From: Tubiluchus corallicola
Taxonomy: Eukaryota; Animalia; Priapulida
NCBI GenBank assembly: GCA_030141605.1
Contig: JAQGDQ010000095.1
Location: 434,001 to 498,000 of the forward strand
Direction: 5' to 3'
Length of the DNA stretch: 64,000 nucleotides
The position numbers were made by a program, and so were the translations under genes. The notes beneath the pieces were generated by a model. It was not told the DNA's origin, did not search any database, and worked only from the letters and a program-made list of their open reading frames with translations. Positions 17,030 to 30,278 of this stretch are shown in pieces. Each line of letters begins with the position of its first letter. Within the stretch, counting starts at the first letter, position 1.

Positions 17030-17607
17030 ATGGCTAATCAAATTTCACTTCTTGGGGAATTGTGCAACTCGTCAAGAAAGCTCAGGTTAGTTTAGTGACT
17101 GAAAAAGAGAGCTAAGCTTTGACTAGCTAATTAAGTATGACAGCAATGACGTTAATAAAAACAGGTCAACAAAGAACATTGTGTGGAGTCCTAGCTATTT
17201 CTATTCATATTGAATATGAATAATAACTGTATTCCTAATAGAAATTCGTGTTTTTCTCAAATTAATAGTTTTAAATATGCTACTGCTAGTGCTAGTATCA
17301 AAAATGAATTTGTAATTTTGCCAGGATAGTATGGTATCTGTAAGCTGTTAACATTTAGTTTTAGATTGTTCTTTTTTGTTTAGTGTTCTTTGTGTATGTA
17401 AGAATAGATGTTTTGTATCTGCAAATGTATGGGAAGTCTCTTCTTATTTCTAGTCATAAAGAATATAAATCATTACTGAAGAAATTTAAAAGAAAATTAA
17501 GACGACAAGATGCTGCAAAGGAACGGGAAGAAAAGGAACGCAAAGGTGTGTATCTAATATATTGAATGTTTTAATAATTATTTTCAAATAGTTATAACAA
17601 TGATAAC

Positions 17608-17649
<42 letters not shown>

Positions 17650-20600
17650 CTGTGTGTGTGTTGCACTATAATGAGCTGTATAGTTTATAATTTTACATTA
17701 GAAACATTGAAGTGGCAGACTGAGTCTAAAATTTCTATCATCGGAATTTGTAACAGAAGATCCAAAATGGCCTATTTAATCCTAGAAGTAATCAAGGCAA
17801 CCACATAACAGATGTTACAATAATATGTTCACTACTACAGTCAGTATTCACCTGAATACCGTGAACAATATCATCCATAGAAAAATGCAAAATTAAATTT
17901 TTTTACACACTATTTTGACACTCATTAATGTAAAAGCTTCAGATAGGTTATTTGATAATGAAGAGTGTAATTATCTTTTTAACAGTTTTCATTTTACTGA
18001 AATTTGTGTGAAAAGGTATTTGTAATATTGGGAGTGAAGTAGCGCCTTCGGTACATGGGCTGCCCAAGTGCCGCAGCAACAGAAATGGAGCTACATTAAT
18101 TGCTTTTACAATTTGTTGACCTTAACTGCAATGTCAGTTTTCCTTTATTCATTTAATAACAATATTGAAATAATAATAAATAATTAATTTAATTTTAATT
18201 TTAAATTTAATAAGTTATCATTAATGTGATTGTGATTAAGATGAGTAATGTTTGATCTCCACAGCTAATAGTTTTTAATATTATAATCTTTTTAAGATTA
18301 AAAAGGGCCAGCTCTTTTGACCTAATTATAGACGCTTACCTCTTCGTCAAACACTTTTTCTCTGCAGTGTCAGGCAGTTGAACCATTAGTTTACCTCCTA
18401 ACCAGTGTTTTGTAATTATAATTACATACTGCTGCTTGGCTGTGTAATACGCCTTGACAAGATGATTAACTTTGGCAAACCAATACACTTTTTGCACAAT
18501 TTTTGTTTGATATTATAGTACCAGTAATTAATTCTGCAGACTAATTTTTGCTCACAGGCAGTTTATCTTGTCAGCAAGAATACTATTAGAACGAAATTGG
18601 CCTAGCTACTTTTTGGAGTTTACATTGGTATTATTGTTACATTACATTATTGTCATTATAATGAGTCGGGCAAGACAATTTAGTCAAGTTTTTAGATCAT
18701 CGATTTGTACAGTGAACAGATAAAATAGCGTTAAATGTGACAACTTGTTCAAACGCTACGACACTTTACAAATAAAGCTTGCCTAATATCTTGATTGATT
18801 ATAATTTCATAGATAACGGAACTCAGTGCGGTACTTGGGTGGCCCATTTAGCACACTTGTTTTGGAGAGTGATGTTCGCTACATGGGCTAGTGTGCTACT
18901 TCGCGCTCTACATGTAAGTCGGAGCTTGAAGAAAATATGTGTAAAGAAAAAGGTCCCCAAACTGGATACCACAAATGAGGAAAAAGTTTATTATGGCAGA
19001 AATGTTAAATTAGCAATTGTGTGCGAAAATTTGTGATGCAATAACTTCACTTTGATTATTTTTGCAATTTTAATGGACCAGAAGGCTATACTTTTTGAAA
19101 ATTTCGTGTAAGTCTGTAATTCCTAAAGTCAGTTCATAGTTTGCTTGAAGAACGGAAGTAAGTGGTAAAGCCTTAGAAACAATTAGTAGAGTGATTAAAA
19201 AAATTTTCTAATTCTTTTTTCTTATATTTGACTAAGCTTTTGCTGAAGTTGTTTCAGCATATCCCTATAATTACAGATGACCTAAGCCTTAACTAAATTA
19301 TAAAAAAGATTATACAAATGCCGTTATTTCTTTAAATACACTGTGTAAACAGCAGGCTTTGCTCTTTGGTTTCTTCTAGAAGTTGTGTCAATCTATAGTA
19401 GTAGAAAGCTTAGGAGAGAGCTTTCCTTTTTGTTTTAAAACCAAGGTAGTGTCTGCAGCAATTTATCAGTGGGCTGCTACAGTTATTAAGCAAATGCTTT
19501 TTAATACAATCTACAGGTACAATTATATCTATTTTTTAATCACTGTTTGAAATAATTTGTTTGCATTGTGAATTTCTTTCAGAAGAGGAAAGGAAAATGT
19601 CTTTACTCACACAAGACGAATTTGAACAGAAGAGAAAAGAACAGCTAGCACGAGATGAAAAAGAAGAAAAAGACAGGTTTGTTTATTTATAAAGCATTAG
19701 CGTGCCAGTAACTGTGTAGACTGTATAGTCATCATAAAACTTGTAGTTTGTAGTTAAATCACCGTAACAAAAGTAATAATTAGTGGATCATAAATAGAAC
19801 ATTTCAATGACAAAAGAGAAAAATAAAATTTATTTATAAGTTATAATAATTGTTTTAACCATAATTAATAATTTAGTATCATTGAGGCAACAAATAGTAA
19901 ATGACAAATTGCAGGATAACTAATGGCAGGTTTTGCTAGCAGTAATAATAAGTGGTGGGTTTTCTAAATCTTTAAATTATCCCAATAAATCATATTTATA
20001 AAAAACGTTATAAGATGTTATATTGTCAAAAAAACATTACTACCATTCCAATAGAAAGCTAATGCATTTACGAGACAAAGAAAACCAACAATTAATAGTA
20101 GATTTGTGAGATATATATATACCAAGCATTAGTTCTTATTATAGGCAACATGCACAGCAATTGTGGCTGGAACGGGAAAAGCGTGCACGACTGGAGTTTG
20201 AATATAAAAAGAAAGTTGAAGAGCGAAAACGTCAGGAACGAATTGAGCTTGAAGTTTGTGATACCTTCGTAACATCTTACATTTAATTATTTTAGCTCCT
20301 ACTAACTAGTGGTATTAATACTACAGTGCCTACATGTCTGGTACTTTTTCATGTGTTATTTTTTCTGAATTAATGATTATGTTTTTTTATTTAAAAATCC
20401 AAAAAATACTTTCTTCTGATTTTTTGTATTTATTGATTAACTTTTTGTCCGAAGATAGTTTCACTGTGGTGCATTAAAATGTCGTGTCTTTTCATTTCTT
20501 TATCATTGTATTTTTTTCAATTTTTCTAATTCTTGATATTAGGAATTGTCTCAATGTTGAATTTTTATGTGTTTACAATGTTACAAAATTGAAGTTAGGC

Positions 20601-23600
20601 AAGTGAATTATTGCTGGAGCTTGAAAGCCATGCTTTCAATAAACCAACTCTTTTACCACCAGACTCGCTGTTTAAGTCTTATAATGATCATTATAGTAAG
20701 TGGTTGTGCTTTATTATTGCTATATTTGAAATTTTAGCAAAAAATTAAAAGGGAGTGGGAAGCAGAACAGAAGGCACAGAAAGAACACCAGGAAGAAAAG
20801 GATAAGCAAGAAAAAGAAAGGAAGGAAAAAGAGGTGACAGTTGAATGCCTGCACTCTAAACTATATCCATTTTTCTTTTTTTTGCTGGCTTCAAATCATA
20901 GTTTCCTATTTAGTGTTTTGAAATGTTTTCGGAATTGTAAATGATTACATTGCAGTATAGCACTTCCTTAACCAGAACTACATCAGGATTGTGTTATATA
21001 ATAGAGTGCAGCTTAACAGAGAAGAAACTGTATCTTTTTGGAAGTGAATGGGAAATATTATTTGCAGTGCAACTAAAAAGTACTGCAATTTTGTGCTGAT
21101 GTTTTAAAAACGCATTTGAATCTCCATTAATAATTGGAATCAGATAAAGAATATGTTGTCGGGAATTTTTTTAATTTTTCTTTAGAAATAGATTTGTAAG
21201 CAGAGAATATAACCGAAACAATTATTTACCACATCTTGTTTCAGAGTTTTGATGCTCTACGAACATAACAGTGAAATGATAATCTTTTTAAATGATGTTT
21301 GTGCCATTAGATTTTGGACATTATTCTTAAAACATTAAGTCTAGACTTTTATGATAAAAATTCCTTCCAGTAAAATGTGATGTTAAGTGAATCGAACAAA
21401 ATTTTTTGTGTTTAATTAAGATAAAAAATTCAGCCCTAGCCCGTTAAGCAAAAATTTTTTATTGTTAAGCAAGTAAATGTTCATTATCATTAAAATATGT
21501 AGTCACATTGTACATATATTTGAATCATAATTTAAAAAGTTATAAGTCCATTATTTATGATAATTTTTTATTTTAAATGTGTATTCTTAATCACCTTTTC
21601 AATTTATTAGTCACTTTCTGGTTATCATTTGTTGTTTGTAGTACTTATTGTGAAATCAGTACTTTCAATATGCGATGCTACTCTTGTGTTATAGGCCACG
21701 TTGCTCAGTGAAGCAGTTTCAGGAGAAAACAAGGTAAAATGTTTATTTTGTGCTTATACTTGCTTTTTTATAAGATATAATTATGATTTTGAATGTTGCA
21801 GCTAAATATTACCTTTTACTTTTTTGCACAGAAAAATAAATGTTGTATGTTGTATGAAACTGCATTCTTAATGCGTTTGTAATTTTTCGATATTTCGTGA
21901 TTTATAAAATTCAGAGCAAGCAGGACTTAGTGTTAAAGTAGTGACTGATCACTATATTTTGCTGTGTGGTATGGTCATTTTTTGTTCTGTTTAATATGAA
22001 AAAGAGCAGATCAATTAATTTGCTTATTGTAAAATCTGATGCAAATTTCAGGCATGGCACAATCCAATTGCTCCACCAAATTATGGAAAAGAACAAGAAA
22101 GAGAGACTTGTCAGTTCTACATGAAAACTGGAGCTTGTCGTTTCGGTGATAGGTAATGGTAATGCTATGAACTACTGTAATGTCTCTCTTTAAGATTATT
22201 ACAGTCAAATTTCATTGTATCGCCTACTTTGGAACCAGAAAAATGTTTGCGTTATAACGAGGTGTTACTAACTAAAATTTTCAATTACCACTCTAAAGAT
22301 TAACAAATTAAAAGAAATCATTAAATTAATCATATGTGAATTAATGACTCTGCCTCATTTAAAATTAATCCTCTTTGTTGAGACGTTTTTGTTTACTTAA
22401 TAATTTCTTGTACTCAACTATATAACAGACTATAGGCTACTGCTCCACTAAACGTGTATCTGTAGAAAAAGTTTATATAAGTCATAACTAGAAATTTCTC
22501 CTGGGGTTTCTTTATATGATTCTTACAATACAAACGAATACCTCATTTCTTGTGGCAAAAAAAGAAACATGTGTTTTCTTGTCAATTGCTATTATGTCTG
22601 CGTGGAGCATTGACATTAATATCAGAGCTATTAATCCTTTACTGCTGTGATTGTATGGTGTACACTACATCTTGCAAACAATTAAAACATGATAACGTGC
22701 ATTGTTTTATACCCGACGTGACGTATTCCCAGTGTCTGTGACTCAGCAGAGCATATAACAGCCTGGCAGATGGTGGGTAATGTTCTTATTTACCAGCAGT
22801 GAAATATTTTTTGCATCATATAGATGCTCTAGAAGTCATATCAAACCCGAAAGCAGTCACACTCTTCTTATTCCTGGAATGTTTGCAAACTTTGGATTGG
22901 AGCAAAGCCTTCAAGACGAATCTGGTAGGAAACTGCATATTTATTAAGCAGTTCATGTCATTCTTTGTGTGTACATTAATGAGTATTTGTAAACTATCAC
23001 ACTACTCGGCATTCCCTGTTTTTGGCACAACCAAGCGATTTATAAGTGACAGCCTTTCAGGGTCATTGCTACTGTGCTATTAGGCACTGGTCATTTTATA
23101 GACTTTTTGCATACATTCTTGTTTCAACACCTTTCTAAGCACTTTCTTAAAACACAAAATGCTAATATTTCTTAGGGTATGTATCTACTGTCAAATTTTG
23201 ATGTGAGCATTTGAAGCTGTCTCTACAATTGGCAAAACTGTTTGCTGTTGCGTTATGTATTCTAAAATAAGTATGGTAGCCATGGTAATGTTATAGCCAC
23301 TCAAAGTAATTGGGCAATTTTTGGCATTTGTAATAACTAGCTCTTCAGCATAAGGCTCTAAATGAAATAATAAATAATCATTTTGTCTATTTTCTATTGC
23401 TTGTTTTACTAAATCTGTAATATTTGTCAAGACTTTAAGGCCATAAGAATTTTTTTAAGCTCATGCTATTGTAAAAAAGAACTCATTAGTTGCAAAAATG
23501 GAATCTTAACTTCATATGTTATTCAAATCCGTGTTGTTTTGAAGGAATACAATTATTGGTAAGAGTTGATTTTCACTAAAAATGCCATTATTCAATGGGA

Positions 23601-25539
23601 GAAATTCTAAAATTTGTGCAATAACACATTAGACAGAGTAGAATCTCAATGATTGGTTGGATCAACATTCGGAGACTCAGTATTAGTCATTTGAACAAAA
23701 CTGACATGATAATAGAGGTCACTCTTAGGTTATGTTCATTTTGTGTGACTGGTTAAATTGATCATTATAATTCCTTGTCTTACTTTATGTTATCAAACTG
23801 GCACATATTTTTAGATTCTTGGCTAGAATATGAAGATAGTGAAACATTCAAAGACTTTCAGTTGTTTTATGAAGATGTGGTGCCAGAATTCAAAAGCATA
23901 GGACGTGTTATTCAAGTCAAGGTTTGCTGCAACTATGAGCCACATCTGCGAGGCAATGTTTACGTTCAATATGAAAGGTATTTCCTATTCCATGTACGTT
24001 TAACTACATTAAGACTTCATTCCACTTTGACTGTCATTAATAAAATTTTGTTAGAATAATTCCACCAAGGCATCAGGAAATAGAAATGGGATAAGAATGT
24101 ATTCAGCATAATATGGAGGAAAGAATTGGGAAAACTGGAAGGGAAATTAATGAAAGAGGGCTAAAAGAGAGAAAACGAAGAAATGGGAAAAAGCAAAAAA
24201 TGTAGTCACTCCATGTGATAATAAACACAAAATAATAAAACATTTTTTTGTTAATATGCCATATTTTTGTGTTCAGGGAGTCTGATGCACAGAAGGCATT
24301 TTTAAGTTTTAATGGGCGTTGGTACGGTGGAAGACAACTTTCTTGTGAATTTTCTCCGGTGACTAAATGGAAATCGGCCATATGTGGTAAGTAAACAGGA
24401 AGTAATTTTTAAGAAGTACTTGTTTTTTGAAAATCAAATTACTTATTTGTCAGGTTCAATGAAACATCTAGGAATAATGTTGCAAATATTTAGCAAGTTG
24501 CAAGTTAGTAGTTTTCTTTCAACAATAATAGCCTGATTTTCATGGATTCGTCATTCGTGGTTCTAACTACAGATATATTTCACCATTTGCTTAGTTCCCG
24601 CTTCAGGCTTTTGTTGTAAAACCTGAAACCCGCAAATGAGAAAGCAATAGTGACATATACAGAACTTACCAAGTAATTACCATTTGTTTTCTGGTACCAT
24701 TTTACCAAAATGTCTCAACAGATATAAACAAAATGTTTCTAAAAATATAAAAATCATAGCCTTGCACAAACAAGGCTGTACAGTTCTTGTGAATTTAAAA
24801 TGTTTAGATATTGCTTTATTTTCTAGGTTTATTCTTTAAAAAGCGATGCCCAAAAGGACGAAGTTGCAATTTTCTACATGTATTCATCAATCCTCGAAAA
24901 GAATTCTGGTATTATGGAGGTAGAGAAAACAAGCACGATATTCCTGAATTCAACGAATGGTACAGTGAACGCCACACGTCTCGGTCCACTAGGGAATACC
25001 ACCCATCTGCAAAACGGCGGCGGACTCATTCCCGATCAAGAAAGTACTCACATTCTAGATGCAGGTCTCACTCAAAGAAACGCTCATGCTCACGAGATGG
25101 GTCTAAACACCAATCACGTTCAAGAGACAGGTCTCATTCTAGGTCAAAAAACCGTGCAAGATCACATTCCAGATCACCGTCATGGTCAAGTTCCACATAC
25201 AGCTCGAGAAGTAGATCTCGATCAAGATCAAGAAAAAGATCAGGCTCGAGGGCTAAGTACCAACTAAGGGGAGAATCTCCTCTACATAAAAATCATTTAA
25301 TGAATAATTCTGCAAATAGGTCAAATAGCAAAAGCGAACTATTGAGTTCATTGCCAAAGTCACAGTCAAGATCTCAGTCACCATTCACTCAAGAGGATAA
25401 TACAAAGGTAACTAAAAAGCAAAATCATACGAAAAGGCATAAACGTAGATCTAGTTATAAGCGATCAAAGTCAAGAACAAAGAAATCGAAAAAAACACAT
25501 TCGTGTTCAAGAAACAGATCACGGTCGAACTCACATTGA
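17030..25539 (+). CDS. ZRSR2: U2AF35-related protein ZRSR2/Urp (coiled coil, CCCH-UHM-CCCH, RS tail)
   Basis: Exons 17030-17085, 17454-17545, 19583-19676, 20145-20253, 20738-20833, 21695-21733, 22052-22152, 22824-22924, 23815-23977, 24277-24386, 24827-25539; all GT-AG and in phase. Motifs SHKEYKSLLKKFKRKLRRQ, CQFYMKTGACRFGDRCSRSH, KVCCNYEPHLRGNVYVQY, FNGRWYGGRQLSCEFSPVTKWKSAICG, CPKGRSCNFLH, RS-rich tail. Confidence 0.95.
17608..17660. repeat. (TA)n(TG)n microsatellite
   Basis: Directly visible in ZRSR2 intron 2. Confidence 0.9.
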
Positions 25540-25787
25540 ATGGCGAAAAACTGCTGATCACTGTTTATTTAGGATTGTTGTAGTTAAGTAGGTAAAGATA
25601 TTAATTAACATTGTTAGTGCTATACTTGTTGCTTATTTGCATGTAAGTAGGTTGCTTATTTTCAAAACCACTTTCAAAATATTAATCCAAACGTGAAGTG
25701 TCTATTAAAGTTTTCATGCTATTTTCAAATGTTGGTATGCTATGAGAAGTAATAATTTTTGGCTAATTACCAACTTCCTAGATGTTT

Positions 25788-25848
25788 CTCTCTCCCTCTG
25801 CCTCTGCCACTGCCTCCCCCTCTCCCTCTCCCTCTCCCTCTCAATAAA
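25788..25848 (+). repeat. CT-rich simple repeat followed by AATAAA (possible ZRSR2 poly(A) signal)
   Basis: ctccct-type repeats ending at aataaa ~25843, about 300 nt after the ZRSR2 stop. Confidence 0.55.
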
Positions 25849-27068
25849 GCTTATTTTTGCAACTTGTTTAGTACATTATAATTGCTTCAGGCACAGTGGT
25901 TAAGAAAGCAACATTTGAAGATATCCACCTAAATTTCTATTGTGATTGATTTAAAAATCTGGCTAATACAAACAAAAAGTTATTGATTTTTTTAAACTAA
26001 ATCGATTTTATTAACTATAGTACATTAATATTTTATTATATTTATAATAGCAAATCAATAAAAAATTTAAGTACAAAACCCAATGTAATCAAATGTACAG
26101 TTGAATAGAAACCGTAAAAGTGATGCACTAACTTTAATATAGTGGAACATTTCTAAAATATATATATAAAAGCAAATGAATATGGTTGGCCACATTTTGC
26201 ACTTTAAAATGCAAATCCTTATTAGCACAACTAAATTTCTCAAAAATTATTTTTAAAAGTGGTAAAATATTTAGTTGTAGTTATAAATACTCAAAACCAA
26301 ACAGTAAATTAATTAACCATCAAGCTTTTGCTCAAATAACTTTCGCAAATGATGATCGTAATTCTGCTTCTGTTCAATTGGAAATGCTGGTGTACTTAAA
26401 ATCAGTACCAAGATATCAATCAAAACTGGTTTACACATGACATTCGTTGAGGTAATAATTACAAATACCCCCTACCAACAATCACACTTTATATCACAGC
26501 TAATTCTTCAACATTAACACAATGATATGATGTGTTAATTCTAAATCATGATAACTTCTTTGGTGAGTAATATTGCACAAGTATGACTGACCAAGCATTT
26601 TAATGGTTGTCCTAAAGACTTGGCTGAATTTCATTCTAACACAAAGAGCATTGTGAGCATGTGTAGCATGTACATAGTAAGATACTCGATATTTCAGACG
26701 GAAAGTAATACTCGAAACATATTAATGGAATTTGATAAAAGGTATTGTACCCAGGTAAATCCCATTTTTTGAAACTTACAGCTTAACAGAAAATTTGATA
26801 TGAATTTTCAAGTCAAGTATATTTGGACATCTTTTAAACACAAATAAAGCAGAGACATTAGACTTTATAATGCATAGACTTTATAGCCTCTATAAATGCC
26901 CACATTACTGGACTGTTTATTTTGGAAATTTGGAGATATTGAGGGTGACAATAGTATTCTACTCAACTATTTTCTTTATTACATTCTGATTAATGGGTTT
27001 TAATAACAAATAACTAATACAATAACTATACAAGGGGAAGATTGGATGCTACTGTATTCTATTTTTGT

Positions 27069-27164
27069 TCAGTAAGCTTCGAATTCTCTCGGATCTAAGC
27101 CATCAGCATTGGAATCTTGAAAGAATAAGTTCAAGCCGAGCGATATCTCTTGACGAACATCGGC
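27069..27164 (-). CDS. AP1S candidate distal alternative last exon (ADVRQEISLGLNLFFQDSNADGLDPREFEAY*)
   Basis: Acceptor tttccccactgcag, phase 0 with the core exon ending LLQE, 32 open codons, GC-richer than flanks. Confidence 0.55.
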   Translation of the reverse strand, partial: ADVRQEISLGLNLFFQDSNADGLDPREFEAY

Positions 27165-30100
27165 CTGCAGTGGGGAAACGTATAATTAGAAGGATGAATA
27201 AAATGTAGCACCTTTATTGTGTTAATTAATAAATCACAATGAGTTCAATGAGTATGACTGAAGGACAGGCTATGGAGCTGAGTTAAAAAACCTGATATTT
27301 AACCAAAAGAAAAAACTGGTACTTTTTTGTAACCAGAAAAAACCTAAATAATGTTCATTTCTCCCAATTTCCCCATACAAAGTCAACTCGTATACATTTT
27401 ACTACTAACGTTAAATTTTGTGATCTTCACTGAAAATTTGGTACATTTTAGCCAACTTGTTACTGGTAATATGCTAACATGTTCTATTTGTAACTTTCTT
27501 CAACTGTTTATTCCCATAAAAATAATAATTATACTCATTGATCTATACATGTAGAACATATGCGGAGCACATGTTACAAGACATGCTAAGTACTCAACTA
27601 AGACAACGATGTGTTTTTCTGAAATTAATGTCTAGTAATGATTAACTAATTGTTATTAAAAGTTGCACAATCATGCGTTGCCTAAGAAACTACATGCATA
27701 TCCGCATTTTATGGAGCATCTAGTAGGGTTCGTGGTAGCGGGGATCTATAGCAAACTCTTCTGCAAAATCCAGTCCTATACTCTGCAGTGCCACAAGTGT
27801 GTCGGAACCTTCCTAGACATTGGTGAAGGAAAGATAGAATGTTATGGAAGCAATTTTAAAGTAGAAATGTATTGTGTAAATGGCAGAATGGTATATGACA
27901 TATATATTTGTATACACACAAAACATTCGAAGTGCCATATTTTTAAACAAAAGGCACTACAAACTGAACTAGAATTTGTTTCATCAAATATATAAAAAAA
28001 TTGTGAGTAGTAATAAAAATAACAGTGTAAGATTAACCACAAGAAGAAAAATTTAGATGTAGTAATGCTTTTATTGTTCAATTTGACAAACATACGTTTA
28101 TAACAATAAGATAGATAGAAGCGAAGTCAGGATTTTTTTCTTAGTTTTTATCTGGCTTGTCCTGTTATTGGCCATATAAATGATATTACTGGTTAATTCT
28201 TTTTGTCTCTTAATACATGTAATTATTATCAGAAAGTCAAGGCAGCATCATTCCATCTCAACGTGACAATATAAAATGTAAGAAAATCCTAAATCTAAAA
28301 AAGTTTTTACTATTTCATTTAAATAAAATACTCATCCTTCCAGATTTCATTCAGTACCAATTTAAAGTACCCGTTTGAACAGTTGTTGCAAAGCAATCAG
28401 ACTTGGCTGTTGGCATGTTTCTTGATGGGCATGCATTTTATATGAGGGTAAACGACACACTTTGCTAGGGTTTCTGATTATAAAAACTGGCAAATAAAAC
28501 AAGTTATTTTGAAACTTTGGACAACTGAAGTGTAAAGAAAACTTATTTTTTTGTACCGTGTTGAAAATCATATTCACAAAACTTTTCAAAAAATTACCAA
28601 ATTTTATTTATGAAACTATACGAAGCAAGACCATTAATAACAAAAATTTGCAACATGTGTGCAACAATTCTGTAGGTGGATTTAAAATAAACACAAAAGG
28701 AAATTTTTCTTAACATGATGAATATCATTGTGTGCTCATGTAATGCTGTCACTAAGCAATCTATTTTTTTTAAATATAACTTATATTTAGAAATGTTTTT
28801 TCTAAAGCTTATACTAATTTGCTTTGTCTTTTAAAAATTATTGGTAATCAGCCAAGAGAATTATTGATTGGTTGATAAGAATGAAAAGTGTTGACAATAG
28901 TAGCTACTCATGTAACTATACACATGGTTCAAGTAACAATGGTAAATAATGGAGTAAAGTGAGTAAGCAGTTGAAAAATAGTGCAAGTTATCTGCAATTG
29001 TATGTTATTTGCAACTGTGTCTAATTATAAATTATGTCTACTAACCTCTACTTAATTCATTGTGTACTAACCTCTACTTAACTCACTTCTCATGAACAAG
29101 AACTAAGAGTAAAGCTTATAAAAAGCTTGATATTATTTATGTGAACGCTTCCTTACCTCTTTGGAGTTGCTCCATATATTGAAGTATAGCAATACAAACA
29201 TGAATGCAATAAATACGAGATCTAGAACAGATCCGTAACACTAACTAAATAAACGTATGCACAACATACACACAGATAAGCACACCCACGCACACGCATG
29301 CACACACGCAAACACAAGTCCACACATGTAGGCTTTAAGTGTGAAATTCCAAAATTAAGACGTCAAAAAATGCATTGGATTAGCAACATCCTACTTGGTC
29401 ACTCACCTTCCTGGTGACTAACAGTCACAACAATGTACAGTATTGCAAAATCTAAGTTACAACAATCGGTCACTCACGATTATAAGCTATAGCAATAGAA
29501 ACACTAACAATAAATATTATTTGCAGAAGACTTTTACCGATCACAATAGTAAATAAATATAATAAATAGATTTGAAGAAATATTTCAAATTTTTTTACAA
29601 GAAATGTGCGTTAAAGTTTATTTTATTTTTACCTACATTTCTGTTTTCAATGATTAACTTAAAAATGTTCTAATCTGGGTCAAACTATAATTTGATTACT
29701 GTTTTCATGACATTAAAAAGATATTGTCTCATGAAATTTTGTCTAGCCAGGTCCAGGTACGAAAGAAAATGGCATAGTTTGTTATTTTCCAAAAATTGCT
29801 TGGAAGACATGGATATACATGACAGCCAAAGGTTGCCATTTACAATATTAGGCCTACTTAGTACAATAAACTTTTAGAAAGTGTTTGACTGCTGCTACGA
29901 GTCACAGAACAGCAAAGATGAAAGCTGAAGCATACAAGATAACTAACACCACATAATAAGCAAGTAATATTATACTAATGAGACAAGAGAAAAGAATTTA
30001 CAATATGAACAAAGAAAGCAAAGTAACTGACTAGTACTGGAATGCAGGTCTTAATTATCCTACTCAAATGAGTTACATGAATTCGAAAATATACAACACA

Positions 30101-30278
30101 GTAGGATGTGAAATTTCATTACGACCAGCAACATATAGCAAGCGCACAAAAGCAGATATAAAGCATTTATAATAGTGATATACTCAATTATACATAAAAT
30201 GACAATACTATAGACCTCTATACTTAAACAAGGAAATGTTTTAGCCATTAAGATGTGGCATGGCAGCCTAAAGTATGA

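Noticed and set aside
18050-18852. Imperfect inverted repeat pair in ZRSR2 intron 2
   Set aside because: Only ~28 bp with several mismatches; probably old MITE ends, with undefined boundaries.
23978-23986. ZRSR2 intron 9 donor GTATTTCCT as a U12 site
   Set aside because: Lacks the CC at +5/+6 and no U12 branch site precedes the acceptor; treated as U2-type.
24878-25267. 129-aa ORF overlapping the ZRSR2 last exon in another frame
   Set aside because: Expected by-product of repetitive RS-domain codons; no independent evidence.
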